Assembly: GCA_030614915.1 (NCBI GenBank)
Contig: JAUXAG010000006.1
Location: 66,642 to 130,641, forward strand
Length of the DNA: 64,000 nucleotides
Direction of reading: 5' to 3'
Source of the DNA: Actinomycetes bacterium
GTDB taxonomy: Bacteria; Planctomycetota; Phycisphaerae; JAACET01
A program made the translations under genes and the position numbers. Positions 20,955-31,449 of this stretch are shown here, piece by piece. Position 1 is the first letter of the stretch. The number at the start of each line of letters is the position of its first letter. The notes under the pieces are model-generated. The model had not been told where the DNA came from. It saw nothing but the letters and a program-made list of their open reading frames with translations, and searched no databases.

Positions 20955-21974
20955 TCAAACAAATAGCTTGGGGGCGACTTTTTTCAGAAAATGCTCAGCC
21001 AGGGCCTTGTATCCGTCGGCATTGGGGTGCAGCCCGTCGGGGACCAAATCGTCCCAGTTGGATATGTCTGGACCGAATAGTCTCAGACCGTCAATGTAGT
21101 GAATGTGCCGGTCCCCGTGAGCTTGGAGTGTATCGACAGCTGCGGCTACCTCTTGGCGCATTATCCGCAGATTTAGTTCGACCGGGTTCTTAGCTGTCTC
21201 GTATTGTGGCGCATATATGGGCGAAATGACGGCCAAGGGTGTGTTGGGATGCTTTTCCCGGACGATTTGCACAAAACCGATGATGGCTGGGCGAAAGGTG
21301 CGAAGGCTAAGACTGCACCCGCCTAGGATATTGATCCCTGCACACACGGAAAGGTAATCGACCGGTAAATCGCGGATCAAGCGGGCCAGCATGGGCTCCA
21401 AATGGCACTGACCACCAAAGCCCATGCACGTCAGATTCAACCCACGCCGGCGGGCGACAATGGCCGGCCAGGTTTGGGCCGGGCTCGCCGCGGCTGCACA
21501 TTGGGTGATGGAGCTGCCGTAAGTGATCCAGCGGGGCCGATGATCCTCGAGCGGCGCGACGGTTGCACCGTCATCGAGTTCGAGTTGCTGTAAGCGAAAT
21601 TCATGCTGTTGCGGCAGCCACAATTCGATGCTCTTCTGGCCGGTAGGTAAGTGCTCGAAGTGAAAAGTTCCCTGCTGGTCCAACTCGATGGTTTGGAGAA
21701 GTTTGCCGTCGGCGCAAAGATCTGTTCGAGCGGGGTCATCAACAGGTTCGGGAGTGGCGAGTTCGAGTTTTCCTGCTACGGTAGTGCTGTTGCTGCGAAA
21801 AGTGATACGCACTCCGGCTGCGGTGGCGCCATGGCCCCCGATGCCTTCCGGTGGAAACAGGTCGAATTGCTCGTAGGGGATACGCCAGGGCTTGACCCAC
21901 TTGTCTGTGCGCTCCAGCGAGACGACGCCCTGCCAGGTCAAACGTTCATCGTCGGGCTTGAGAATCAACGACAT
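20955..21974 (-). CDS. SGNH/GDSL-family hydrolase
   Basis: Block I YGSSITQ and block V DGLHPNADGY motifs. 339 aa. Confidence 0.7.
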   Translation of the reverse strand: MSLILKPDDERLTWQGVVSLERTDKWVKPWRIPYEQFDLFPPEGIGGHGATAAGVRITFRSNSTTVAGKLELATPEPVDDPARTDLCADGKLLQTIELDQQGTFHFEHLPTGQKSIELWLPQQHEFRLQQLELDDGATVAPLEDHRPRWITYGSSITQCAAAASPAQTWPAIVARRRGLNLTCMGFGGQCHLEPMLARLIRDLPVDYLSVCAGINILGGCSLSLRTFRPAIIGFVQIVREKHPNTPLAVISPIYAPQYETAKNPVELNLRIMRQEVAAAVDTLQAHGDRHIHYIDGLRLFGPDISNWDDLVPDGLHPNADGYKALAEHFLKKVAPKLFV

Positions 21975-22018
21975 CTGAAGGGTTCCTCTGTGGAAGTTCT
22001 TGCGAAGGTTTGATCTCG

Positions 22019-25000
22019 TTATGTGGGGACCTGTGCAAATGCACCGTGGGGAACGTTTCTGTGTCGGCCTTTTCGCTGCTGAAAGGCTCGGGCCTGGTGC
22101 ATGAAGGCCTCCAGGCGGGTTTCGGTGGTGGCCTGCTCCTGGCCGTCGTAAGCAATGCTCAGAGCCGGCATGGCCCCCAGGTCCTTCTGCACCTTCTTCA
22201 TCAGCGAGCTGACGATCGTCGAAGGCATGCAGGTAAAGGGCATTACGTTGATCACCCCGTCAGCCCCGGCATGAGCGAATTCCACCGTCTTGCCCACGCT
22301 CAGGATTGCTTCACCCTCAAAACTGTCATGTATATACGGTTCTGCCGCTTTGAGGGTTTTGCGCACGTCCTCCTCAGCCAAGGATCCCAGCAGCCGTTCG
22401 AACGGTCGGGCGTAATTCTTCTCAATCCGGTGCTGGATATGATTCTTGAGGCGGTTGGATAGATAATCGCTTATATCTCGCTCGCGCATGGCTGTGCGCG
22501 AACGCGTGAAATTCGTATAGTACATCCACTCGGCAAAGCCGCACAGCGTAACTTGGGCCCCCAGGGCCTCGAGCTGCCGCACGATGTTCTGGTTGCTGAA
22601 GGGATGAGAGCGGACGAAGATCTCTCCCACTACGCCGATCCAGGGCTTGGGCTGGAAACGGTCCACACCAATCCTCTCGAACTGCCCGGCGCAGAAATCC
22701 ATTACTTTCTGCAGGTCGTCGCCGTTTTCGATGGCCATACACACCCGCTGCAGACACATCTCATATACCTCGTCCACCCTGCCGGTTCTGAGTTCATAGG
22801 GCCGCAAAGCCAACTGGGCCTTGTTGAGCAAATCGACCGCAGAGATGCCCTGCCAGGCAAGTTTGGTCGGATCCTGCTTGAACTGCTTGAAATCCTCGTA
22901 GAAATCCTTGTCCTGGTTGGGGGCGATGACCGGCACATCCGGATAACCCACGTCAGCCAGGATAAGCTTGTGCAGCCTGTTGTACTGCCCAAATCGGCAA
23001 GGACCGCAGCCGCTGGGCATGAAGAAGGCCGCCCGTTCAGGATCGAAATCTTTGTCAAAGACCACTCGCAGCATATCGCCGGCCGTTACCGTGCAGGGCA
23101 AACATTCCTTGCCCGTAGTGTACCGCCTACCCAGGGCCAACGATTCGGCATCGGTCATCGGCAGCACCTCGGCCGGTTGACCGCAACGGTGAAAGGCCGC
23201 CACCAGCACCTGGGCATGGTCGCCCATCGGCGGGACGTACACCGTCCGCCGGCTGTGATCCGGCTTCTCTTTGCTTTCACGCAGGATAGTCGTCTTGCTC
23301 TGGCCCGGATGCAAACGTTCGATATTCCGCAGGCTTTCCAGATAGGCCTCCAGGCGGGTTACCACCCCGGCATCGGCTGAATGCTCGTCGATCTCCAAAG
23401 TCAGGAAGGGCTTGTTGCCCATCGCATGTTTGAAAAAGGTATTCAGGAATGAGTCAGGCCCGCAGCCAAAGTTAGTCAGATAGATGGCATAAAGTCTAGG
23501 GTCCTGGCGGATAACTTCCGCCCCGGCCAGGATACGCTGTCCGTATTTCCAGTACATCGACTGCCATTCGTCCGCCAATTTGCCCCGCAGCTCCAGCATA
23601 TCCAGGGGGATAGCCAACACGCCCATCTTTTTCAGCTTGGCCGGTACATTCAGCGATACGCTCGCATCGCAGCCGTTATACGGCCGGGATACCAGCACCA
23701 CCGTTCGTTGCTCGGCCCTGAGATTCGCAAGCGCCTCTTGGGCGCGCCTTCGACAAGCATCTTCGAAATTCCGCTGGGCCCGTTCGGCGTCGTCAATCGC
23801 TCGGCTGAGCTGCTTTCGGCTCACATCCAGTTGGCGACAGAGCACCGACAAATCCTTTTCCATCAACCGTCGGCCATCCTGAAAACGCACCGGCGTGTCC
23901 AGCAGTTTTACCCCGCGTTCTTCCGGCGTCAGGGCGACCTTCACCTGGTAAGGAATTGTCTGCACGTAGGGGCACAAAACGTTGCGGCTCTGCCGCTTGT
24001 CCTCGGCGGGCATACTAACCACGCTGGGCAGCCAGAGGTAATCCACCTTCTTCTCGATGAGCTTATCGATGTGCCCGTGAGCCACCTTTACCGGGAAGCA
24101 GGGCTGGCTCAGAACGCCTTCCACGCCGCGCCTGATTATCTGCTTGGTCGATGCCCCCGAGATGACCACCGTAAAGCCCAGGCTTCGGAACATCCTCCCC
24201 CAGAACGGCAGTAACTGGTAGTTGCTCAGGGCCAGGGGAATACCCACTGTCCCTTTGCTGTGCTCTTCCTGCTCGGCGATACCGGCGAACTTTTCCAGCA
24301 GTTTTTGACGTTCGCCGAACAAATCGGGCAAGTCGTCGCCCAAGCCTTTTTCCTTTTTAACATTGTAGCGGTCGCAACGGCTGCCGTAGTAGAGCGCTTC
24401 GCTGCCTTCGATGCTAACCTTTTTGATTTCACAGTTATTGGCACAATGTTCGCACTCGAATGATTCGATTCTGTAGGAGCGTTCGCTGATCTCGAACCCC
24501 CGAAAGTTGCTCTGCTTTATCTGGGGATTCTCCGCCCTATATTTCTTGGCCAACAGGGCCACGCCGATAGCACCGGTAACCTCGTGGTGCTCGGGCACCG
24601 TAACTTCACTACCGATTACGGCGTTGAAGGCTGCCACAACTCCTTTATTAAAGGCCGTACCCCCTTGGAAGAATATCCGCCTGCCGATCCGCCTGGGGCC
24701 CACCACCCGATTGAGGTAGTTGTGTACGATGGAGTAGCTCAGCCCCGCTACCAGGTCCCCGATAGGCACGTTCTGCTGCTGGTAGCGGATCATGTTTGAT
24801 TCCATAAACACCGTGCAGCGCTCGCCGAGCTTTACCGGTGAGTCGCTGGCCAAGGCCAGGTCCCCGAATTCTTCTTTGATGGCTACGTCCAGCCGCTCAG
24901 CCTGTTCTTCCAGGAACGAGCCGGTCCCCGCTGCACAGGCATGGTTCATCTCGAAGTCCACCACCACGCCGTTGTCCAGGCTGATGTATTTGGAATCCTG

Positions 25001-26302
25001 GCCGCCGATTTCGAAAATGGTATCAACCTCCCGATCGATAGCTGCCGCAGCCGTGGCCTGGGAGGTTATCTCGTTGACCACCAGATCAGCCCCCACGAAA
25101 TCTCCGGTCAGATAGCGTCCCGAGCCGGTCGTTGCTATGCCTTTGACTACCACCTGATCCTTCAGGGCTTGGACAATCTCTCGCAAACCCTGCCGGACAG
25201 CCTCGATTGGTTTGCCGGCGGTCATCAGGTACGATTTGGCCAGGAGCCGCCCATCTTCGTCGATGGCCGCCAGGCAAGTAGAGATCGAGCCGACGTCTAC
25301 CCCCAGGTATACGCTGACGTTTTTCTCCTCAGGCTGGAGTTTTCGCATTACCCGTTGCGGCCCGCCGTCGTCAGAAGGTTCAATAAGCTTGCTCAGTCGC
25401 TCGCCGGTCATCCCCCGATTGCTAAGGTGTTGGTTGAGCTTGTCAGCCCGGAATTCACCGGGCCATTCGCCCGAGTTCTCCAGGGCCGTCAGCACCGCCC
25501 CAATGGCCCCTGTGCTGCTGTGGCATGGAGGAACTATCAGTTCGCCCGATTCCATCTCCAGCACGTTCTCGAATGCCCGCACCACCCCCTCGTTCGAGGC
25601 CACACCCCCGCAGAAGGCGATCGGGCGAATGAACTCTTTGCCTCGGCCGACGTTGCTCTTGAAGTTTCTGGCCAGTCCTAGGCACAGCCCGGCCACAATG
25701 TCGTAGTCCGGAGTCGCTTGCTGTTGCAGATGGATCATATCGCTCTTGGCGAACACGCTGCACCTGCCGGCAACTCTCGGAGGATTCTCGCTCTGCAGAG
25801 CTAGAGCCTCAAATTCACCTTCAATTTTTAATCCCAGTCGGCTGGCCTGTTGATCCAGGAAGCTGCCCGTGCCTGCCGCACAGACCGTATTGGTAGCGAA
25901 ATCCTCGATTAGTTCCGCCCCTCCCCCTGCAGACAGGAAGACCAGCTTTGATTCTTCGCCGCCCATCTCGATCAGGGTTCGCACTTGAGGCTCGACCTGG
26001 CGTATGCCCCGGGCCTGGGCGATGATCTCATTTACAAACGGAACCCCCAGCAGCTCGGCTACCAGTCGTGCTCCGGTCCCGGTACCCGCCAAGAGAGCCA
26101 CTCGGCCGGCATCGGTTCTGCCAAAAAACTCTCCCAGGACCTCCAGAGCCGTCTGCACCGGACGAGCGTGTATCCGGGTGTAAGATTCTTCTAGAAGCGC
26201 GCCGTCTGCGTTGAGCACCGCCACGTTCAGACTTATTGAGCCGATATCGAAGCCAACATAAAGCTTTGCCGAATCCCTGCTCGCCTCTGGATCGCTTATC
26301 AT
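22019..26302 (-). CDS. CoA-substrate-specific enzyme activase fusion: two BadF/BadG/BcrA/BcrD (HgdC-like) ATPase domains plus 2-hydroxyacyl-CoA dehydratase HgdB/D-like domains
   Basis: Two repeats of the acetate/sugar-kinase-like ATPase core (VGFDIGSISLNVAV..., LGVDVGSISTCLA...; CAAGTGSFLD twice) followed by a ~900-aa dehydratase-component-like region. 1427 aa. Confidence 0.75.
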   Translation of the reverse strand: MISDPEASRDSAKLYVGFDIGSISLNVAVLNADGALLEESYTRIHARPVQTALEVLGEFFGRTDAGRVALLAGTGTGARLVAELLGVPFVNEIIAQARGIRQVEPQVRTLIEMGGEESKLVFLSAGGGAELIEDFATNTVCAAGTGSFLDQQASRLGLKIEGEFEALALQSENPPRVAGRCSVFAKSDMIHLQQQATPDYDIVAGLCLGLARNFKSNVGRGKEFIRPIAFCGGVASNEGVVRAFENVLEMESGELIVPPCHSSTGAIGAVLTALENSGEWPGEFRADKLNQHLSNRGMTGERLSKLIEPSDDGGPQRVMRKLQPEEKNVSVYLGVDVGSISTCLAAIDEDGRLLAKSYLMTAGKPIEAVRQGLREIVQALKDQVVVKGIATTGSGRYLTGDFVGADLVVNEITSQATAAAAIDREVDTIFEIGGQDSKYISLDNGVVVDFEMNHACAAGTGSFLEEQAERLDVAIKEEFGDLALASDSPVKLGERCTVFMESNMIRYQQQNVPIGDLVAGLSYSIVHNYLNRVVGPRRIGRRIFFQGGTAFNKGVVAAFNAVIGSEVTVPEHHEVTGAIGVALLAKKYRAENPQIKQSNFRGFEISERSYRIESFECEHCANNCEIKKVSIEGSEALYYGSRCDRYNVKKEKGLGDDLPDLFGERQKLLEKFAGIAEQEEHSKGTVGIPLALSNYQLLPFWGRMFRSLGFTVVISGASTKQIIRRGVEGVLSQPCFPVKVAHGHIDKLIEKKVDYLWLPSVVSMPAEDKRQSRNVLCPYVQTIPYQVKVALTPEERGVKLLDTPVRFQDGRRLMEKDLSVLCRQLDVSRKQLSRAIDDAERAQRNFEDACRRRAQEALANLRAEQRTVVLVSRPYNGCDASVSLNVPAKLKKMGVLAIPLDMLELRGKLADEWQSMYWKYGQRILAGAEVIRQDPRLYAIYLTNFGCGPDSFLNTFFKHAMGNKPFLTLEIDEHSADAGVVTRLEAYLESLRNIERLHPGQSKTTILRESKEKPDHSRRTVYVPPMGDHAQVLVAAFHRCGQPAEVLPMTDAESLALGRRYTTGKECLPCTVTAGDMLRVVFDKDFDPERAAFFMPSGCGPCRFGQYNRLHKLILADVGYPDVPVIAPNQDKDFYEDFKQFKQDPTKLAWQGISAVDLLNKAQLALRPYELRTGRVDEVYEMCLQRVCMAIENGDDLQKVMDFCAGQFERIGVDRFQPKPWIGVVGEIFVRSHPFSNQNIVRQLEALGAQVTLCGFAEWMYYTNFTRSRTAMRERDISDYLSNRLKNHIQHRIEKNYARPFERLLGSLAEEDVRKTLKAAEPYIHDSFEGEAILSVGKTVEFAHAGADGVINVMPFTCMPSTIVSSLMKKVQKDLGAMPALSIAYDGQEQATTETRLEAFMHQARAFQQRKGRHRNVPHGAFAQVPT

Positions 26303-26560
26303 AACCCCGCTTTCTTAGTTTGCGTACCTTCTCGGAAACTGGCCCAATATTTGTCGCCTATCCCTGCTTAAGCTGATATCCGCATTGTAAAACGGCATTA
26401 TACCCTCTTGCAGGCCTCGGGGCAATAGCGCCAATGCTATTTGAGGCTAGCTAGTGTCCAACCGACCGTTCCAGCACAGCTTTCCGGCAGTTACTCTATC
26501 TTCGGACCCAGCCATATGCCGTGCCTTGACCCACCCACCGGAAAATTATTGTTTTTGACA

Positions 26561-26712
26561 GCAAAAAACCTCGCAGGTTACTATCTCTATTGCCGATAAT
26601 GTCTTAGCCCATATTCTTAGCTGGGGCTCTGCGAAGTATTCAAGCACACGACCTTCGGAAATAGTAAAATACTCACCCTGGAGCCCCAGCTCAAGGCCAA
26701 TTGCTAAGATGG
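26561..26712. repeat. ~150-bp intergenic leader repeat, copy 1 (copy 2 at 29066-29213)
   Basis: About 90% identical to 29066-29213 by eye. Copy 1 has an 11-bp perfect inverted repeat (agctggggctc…gagccccagct) and a TTGACA-N18-TACTAT promoter-like site at 26555-26584. Confidence 0.7.
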
Positions 26713-26776
26713 CGTTCATTTGAATTTATAAAGCGGGGTTTTTTCCGCTTGCCAAACAGAAACAAAGTTAGAAACG

Positions 26777-29017
26777 ATGTCCCAAGGCGCTTGCGACATG
26801 GTCACGTCACATAATGGTCAGCCTTTTCTCGGTCCGCTTATGCGGCGGCGGTCTGATGCCTTCATTGCAATTGGCATCTTCGCTGTAGCCGTGCTGGTGC
26901 GCGGCGTGTACCTGGCCGAAAGCTCGGACAATCCGACGTTTGGCTACCCAATAGTCGATTCTTCGACCTATCACGAGATGGCTGCCGAGCTGGCGCGGAA
27001 CGGCCAGATGGACTCGGGATACTTCTGGCAGCCTTTTTTCTACCCGTTTTTTCTCTCTGTGGTGTATAGACTCGCTGGGCCTTCGGTCCTGGCCGCAAAA
27101 CTGGTCCAGGCGCTGCTGGGAGGTGCGACATGCACGCTGAGCTATCTTTTGGGCCGGCGAGTGTTCTCGCGGGCGGTAGGTATCGCGGCAGGGTTGATCA
27201 TGGCCTTCTATGGGCCGCTGATCTTCTTCGAAACGGAGTTGCTCGCGGCGGGCTGGGCTGCCTTCTGGGCGGTAACCCTGTGCCTGTTGCTGCTAGGTGC
27301 GGCCAGTCAGCCCACAATTAAGCGCTGCCTGTTGTTGGGGCTTTGCACTGTGCTAGCGATCATCACGCGGCCGACGTTCTTACCTTTTTGTGCGGCTGCG
27401 TTGATATGGCTCGCTTGGCGATGGGCTCGGCAGGTTCAGTTTAGGCGCTGGGCGTTATTCACGGCTGCGTTTGCGACAGGCTTTGGGATCGTAGCCATCC
27501 CGCTTGGTGTGTGCTTCAGGCGCACCACCGGGAGATTAACGATCTTGCCGTATTCCGCTGGTCTCAATATGTATATCGGCAACAACCCCAACAGCCGCCA
27601 GACACTGACCATCCGGCCAGGCTGGGAATGGCGGCAGCTCCTCGAGCAGCCCATGCGGGAAGGCCTTGAGGGTCCCTGGGACAAACAAGCCTATTTCATG
27701 CGCCAAGTCCGCCAGTACCTTATGAGCGATCCGGCCGGATTCGCAGCGGGCATAGGGCGAAAGACGCTACAATTCGTCAGCTCGCGGGAGATTCCCCGTA
27801 ACATTGATCCCTACCTGTTCGCTCGCTGGTCGCTGGTATTGTCGGTGCTGAATCCAAAGGCGGCGGGCTTCGGGTTTGCCTTTGGCTTGATTTTGCCGCT
27901 GGCATTACTTGGCCTGATGGCTCGCTGGCGGGAGGTCCCCGGCCCGGTCTGGCTGTTACTGTTGGCCTATCCGGCAGCGGTGATCACGGTATTCGTCGCA
28001 GGCAGGTATCGCGTGCCGATTGTCCCGGTGGCGGCAGTGATGGCAGCAGCCGGAGGAGGCTTTATCATCCAAGCCGCCAGCCGCAGGCAGTGGGGTCTGC
28101 TGGGGCTCTCGGCTGTCTCGGTGGCCGGCACAGTCGTTCTGAGTTCGCTGCCCGGACCGTTTTGGGAGGAGCAAGCCAACTACGAGGCCGAGATGTATTG
28201 CGGGCTGGGCTATCACTACGCCCATGCGGACAACTATGACCGGGCCATCCGCGATCTCAACCAGGCCATCAAGTTGAGTCCCAAGTATACCGAGGCCTAT
28301 AACAATCGGGGACTCACCTACTCGAGCAAAGGCGAGTATGACTTGGCCATCCGTGATTTGGACAAGACCATCGAGCTGAATCCGAGCTATGCCGAGGCCT
28401 ACAGCAACCGGGGCGTTACGTACTTGGCTAAGGGTGACTACGATCGGGCCATACGGGATTTCGACCAGGCCATCGCGTTGAATCCCGCGTATGCCCACGC
28501 CTACAACAACCGCGGTATCGCCTACGGGAGCAAAGGCGAATATGACCGGGCCATCCGCGATCTCAACAAGGCCATCGAGTTGAATCCCAGGCTTGCCGAC
28601 GCCTACAACAACCGGGGTATGGCCTACGGGAGGAAAGGCGAATATGACCAAGCCATCCGCGATCTCAACGAGGCCATCGAACTGAATCCCGGAAATGCCG
28701 AGGCCTATAACAATCGGGGGATGGCCTACGGGAGCAAAGGCGAAGATGACCAAGCCATCTGCGATTTCAACGAGGCCATTGAGTTGAACCCGAGCTATAC
28801 CGGGGCCTATCACAATCGGGGACTCGCCTACGGGAGCAAAGGCAAATATGATCTAGCCGTCCGCAACTTCGAAAAAGCCGTCCAATTGGCCCAGGCCGCC
28901 GGAAACGAAAAATTGGCAAAGTATATCCAGAGCCGGCTGGAGTTGTACAAGGCCAGGCGGCCCCATCGCGAACTGTTTACTCCTCAAGATCGTACCAGCC
29001 CGGAACCGAAAGAGTAG
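26777..29017 (+). CDS. Polytopic GT-C glycosyltransferase (GT39/ArnT-PMT-like) fused to C-terminal TPR repeats
   Basis: About 450-aa N-terminal multi-TM domain, then 9 or more 34-aa TPR units with consensus AYNNRG.AY..KGEYD.AIRD...AI.LNP. Confidence 0.7.
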   Translation: MSQGACDMVTSHNGQPFLGPLMRRRSDAFIAIGIFAVAVLVRGVYLAESSDNPTFGYPIVDSSTYHEMAAELARNGQMDSGYFWQPFFYPFFLSVVYRLAGPSVLAAKLVQALLGGATCTLSYLLGRRVFSRAVGIAAGLIMAFYGPLIFFETELLAAGWAAFWAVTLCLLLLGAASQPTIKRCLLLGLCTVLAIITRPTFLPFCAAALIWLAWRWARQVQFRRWALFTAAFATGFGIVAIPLGVCFRRTTGRLTILPYSAGLNMYIGNNPNSRQTLTIRPGWEWRQLLEQPMREGLEGPWDKQAYFMRQVRQYLMSDPAGFAAGIGRKTLQFVSSREIPRNIDPYLFARWSLVLSVLNPKAAGFGFAFGLILPLALLGLMARWREVPGPVWLLLLAYPAAVITVFVAGRYRVPIVPVAAVMAAAGGGFIIQAASRRQWGLLGLSAVSVAGTVVLSSLPGPFWEEQANYEAEMYCGLGYHYAHADNYDRAIRDLNQAIKLSPKYTEAYNNRGLTYSSKGEYDLAIRDLDKTIELNPSYAEAYSNRGVTYLAKGDYDRAIRDFDQAIALNPAYAHAYNNRGIAYGSKGEYDRAIRDLNKAIELNPRLADAYNNRGMAYGRKGEYDQAIRDLNEAIELNPGNAEAYNNRGMAYGSKGEDDQAICDFNEAIELNPSYTGAYHNRGLAYGSKGKYDLAVRNFEKAVQLAQAAGNEKLAKYIQSRLELYKARRPHRELFTPQDRTSPEPKE

Positions 29018-29065
29018 TAGGCCTCCGATGAAGAGCCATTCGTTGATACCCGTCACGACCAGACG

Positions 29066-29213
29066 GCAAAAAACCTTGCAGGTTACTATCTCCATTGCCG
29101 ATAAGGTGTTAGCCCATATTCTTAGCTAGGGCTCTGCGAAGTATCCAAGCACACGACCTTTGGAAATAGTAAAATACTCACCCTGGAGCCCCGCCTCAAA
29201 GCCAATTACCAAT
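29066..29213. repeat. Intergenic leader repeat, copy 2
   Basis: See copy 1. Here the stem is degraded by non-compensatory changes. Confidence 0.7.
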
Positions 29214-29241
29214 ACACGAGCTGTTGGTTTAGAGCTGCAAA

Positions 29242-31311
29242 TTGTCACTTTCGTCGGCTTGGCGGGCGGGAAGTGAACAAATGTCGTCCAAAAGCAAAAA
29301 GTTTTCATTAGACGAACGTACAGATCAGCCAAAGGCTCGCCTGGCAGAAAGCTCATTTTCAGATTGGCGGGGTTTTGTGGCTGGGGGCCTGATCGTCGCA
29401 GCTGGCTTGCTGGCCTATTGCAACAGTTTCGGCGGGCCTTTCATCTTCGATGGTAAAGGCTCCATTGTTGAAAACTCTCACATCCGCCGGCTTTGGCCTA
29501 TCTGGCAGGTCTTCCGGGCCGAGCCTGGCTCGACCGTGGCTGGCCGACCTATCTTGAGTTTATCTTTCGCCCTGAACTACCAAATCAGTGGCCTGAAGGT
29601 CTGGAGCTATCACGCAGTCAACCTGGCTGTGCATATCCTGTCAGCCTTGACGCTCTTTGGCATCCTGCGCAGGACGTTACTCTCCGAAAGGCTGCGGGGT
29701 CGTTTCGGGCAGGCGTCATTTAGCCTGGCATTAATCTGCGCATTAATCTGGCTGGCACACCCTCTGCAGACAGGCTCGGTAACCTACATCGTCCAGCGGG
29801 CCGAGTCGCTAATGGGTCTATTTTATTTGTTGAGCCTGTATTGTGCCATCCGCGGGTTTTCTTCAGCCAAGAGCCGACGATGGTACACCCCTGCCATTCT
29901 GGCCTGCGCCTTGGGGATGGGCACTAAGGAAGTAATGGCTACTGTCCCGTTTATGGTGTTGCTTTACGATCGAGTTTTCGTATCTCGGTCGTTCAAAGAA
30001 GTATTTACCCGGCGTTGGGGTTTGTATGCCGGTTTGGCGGCTACGTGGGTAATCTTTGGCGGATTAGCTTTTTTCGCTCCGCGGGGCAAGTCAGTGGGCT
30101 TCGGTTCTCCGGGCCTGACAGGGCTCGAATACGCTATGACTCAATGCAAGGTCATTGTTAACTATTATCTAAAGCTTTCCTTTTGGCCGCATCCTCTGCT
30201 GTTGGACTACGGCTGACCGATAGTCAGAAGTTTTGGCCATGTTGTGCCCTACGCCTTGGTGCTTGTGGTGCTGTTGATCGTAACGGTGATAGCCCTTCGC
30301 TATCGCTCAGGTTGGGGTTTTCTGGGGCTTTGGTTCTTTCTGATCCTGGCGCCTAGTTCTAGCTTCCTGCCCATTATCAGCGAAATAGTTGCCGAGCATC
30401 GCATGTACCTTCCTTTGGCGGCGGTTGTTGTTGCGGTGGTTGTTTGTGGCTATTGCCTTGGAGGACATCTGTTCTCTCGGCTGGTAAGTTCTGATGACCG
30501 GCGGCTAGCCCTGGAGCGACTCTTGGGATACGCCTTGGCTGGAGTTGTTGTTTTTGCTCTGGGTTTCGCGACAGCCAAACGGAATCACGACTACCGTAGC
30601 GAGCTTTCAATCTGGCAAGACACCGTCGTCAAACAGCTTGACAATCCGCGTGCCTACAACAACCGAGGACAAGCATACAAGAGCAGGGGCCAGCACGAGC
30701 TGGCCACCCGCGATTACAACAAGGCCATCGAGTTGGATCCCGCATATGCCAAGGCCTACAACAACCGGGGTAACGCCTACGGGAGCAAAGGCGAATATGA
30801 CCAAGCCATCCGCGATCTCAACAAAGCCATCAAGTTGGATCCCAAGAATGCCCACGCCTACTACAGCAACCGGGGCGTTGTCTACCGAGACAAGGGTGAC
30901 CTTGAGCAGGCTATCCGTGATTTCGACCAGGCCATCGCGTTGGATCCCGCATATGCCACGGCCTATAACAACCTAGCGTGGATACTAGCCACGTGTCCAG
31001 ATCCCCAGATTCGCGACGGAGCTGAGGCGGTTCACCTTGCAGAACGAGCCTGCGGACTGGGGGACAATAGAGTTCCGACACAGCTGGACACCCTGGCGGC
31101 CGCCTATGCTGAGCTAGGCCAATTCGACCAGGCCGTCGAAACTGCCGAAAAGGCTGTCCGGTTAGCCTTGGCTGCGGGGCAGCAAGAATTGGCCAAGGAT
31201 ATCCGGAACCGGCTAGAATTGTACAAGGCCAAGCGACCGTTTCGAACCTCTGCACGCCAGCAGGTTCAGCCTGACCGCCTCTCTCCACCAAACTCAAAAG
31301 ACGAACCATAA
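29242..31311 (+). pseudogene. TMTC-like (O-mannosyltransferase-like membrane domain + TPR) gene interrupted by a single in-frame TGA at 30214-30216
   Basis: ORFs 29242-30216 and 30244-31311 share one frame and are separated only by TGA. I checked the readthrough (...LLLDYG*PIVRSFGHVVPYALVLVV...) by hand. N-terminus has the TMTC-like LLAYCNSFGGPFIFDGK motif, and TM helices continue across the stop. C-terminal TPR tail resembles the neighbouring genes. Confidence 0.55.
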
Positions 31312-31449
31312 AGGAACGTAAAAGATACAACCGAACAAAGAACCCAAACCAGGAGCCGAAATTGTCATGTAATCTCTAATCCATACTTGTCCCAATTTAG
31401 CTGAACCGATACACTATATACTCCTTTCATCCCAAGATGGAGACGAGAA

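Noticed and set aside
27956-28813. Long minus-strand ORFs (285 aa here; also 30607-30855 and 34255-34842) with repetitive GLVEIADGLVIFAFAPVG sequence
   Set aside because: They are the antisense reading of the TPR repeat DNA of the plus-strand genes. Open frames arise from repeat codon bias, not separate genes.
30214-30216. In-frame TGA as selenocysteine codon
   Set aside because: No convincing SECIS-like hairpin within ~30 nt downstream. No selA/selB/selD in the window. The protein family is not a known selenoprotein. TGA is also used as an ordinary stop in neighbouring genes.
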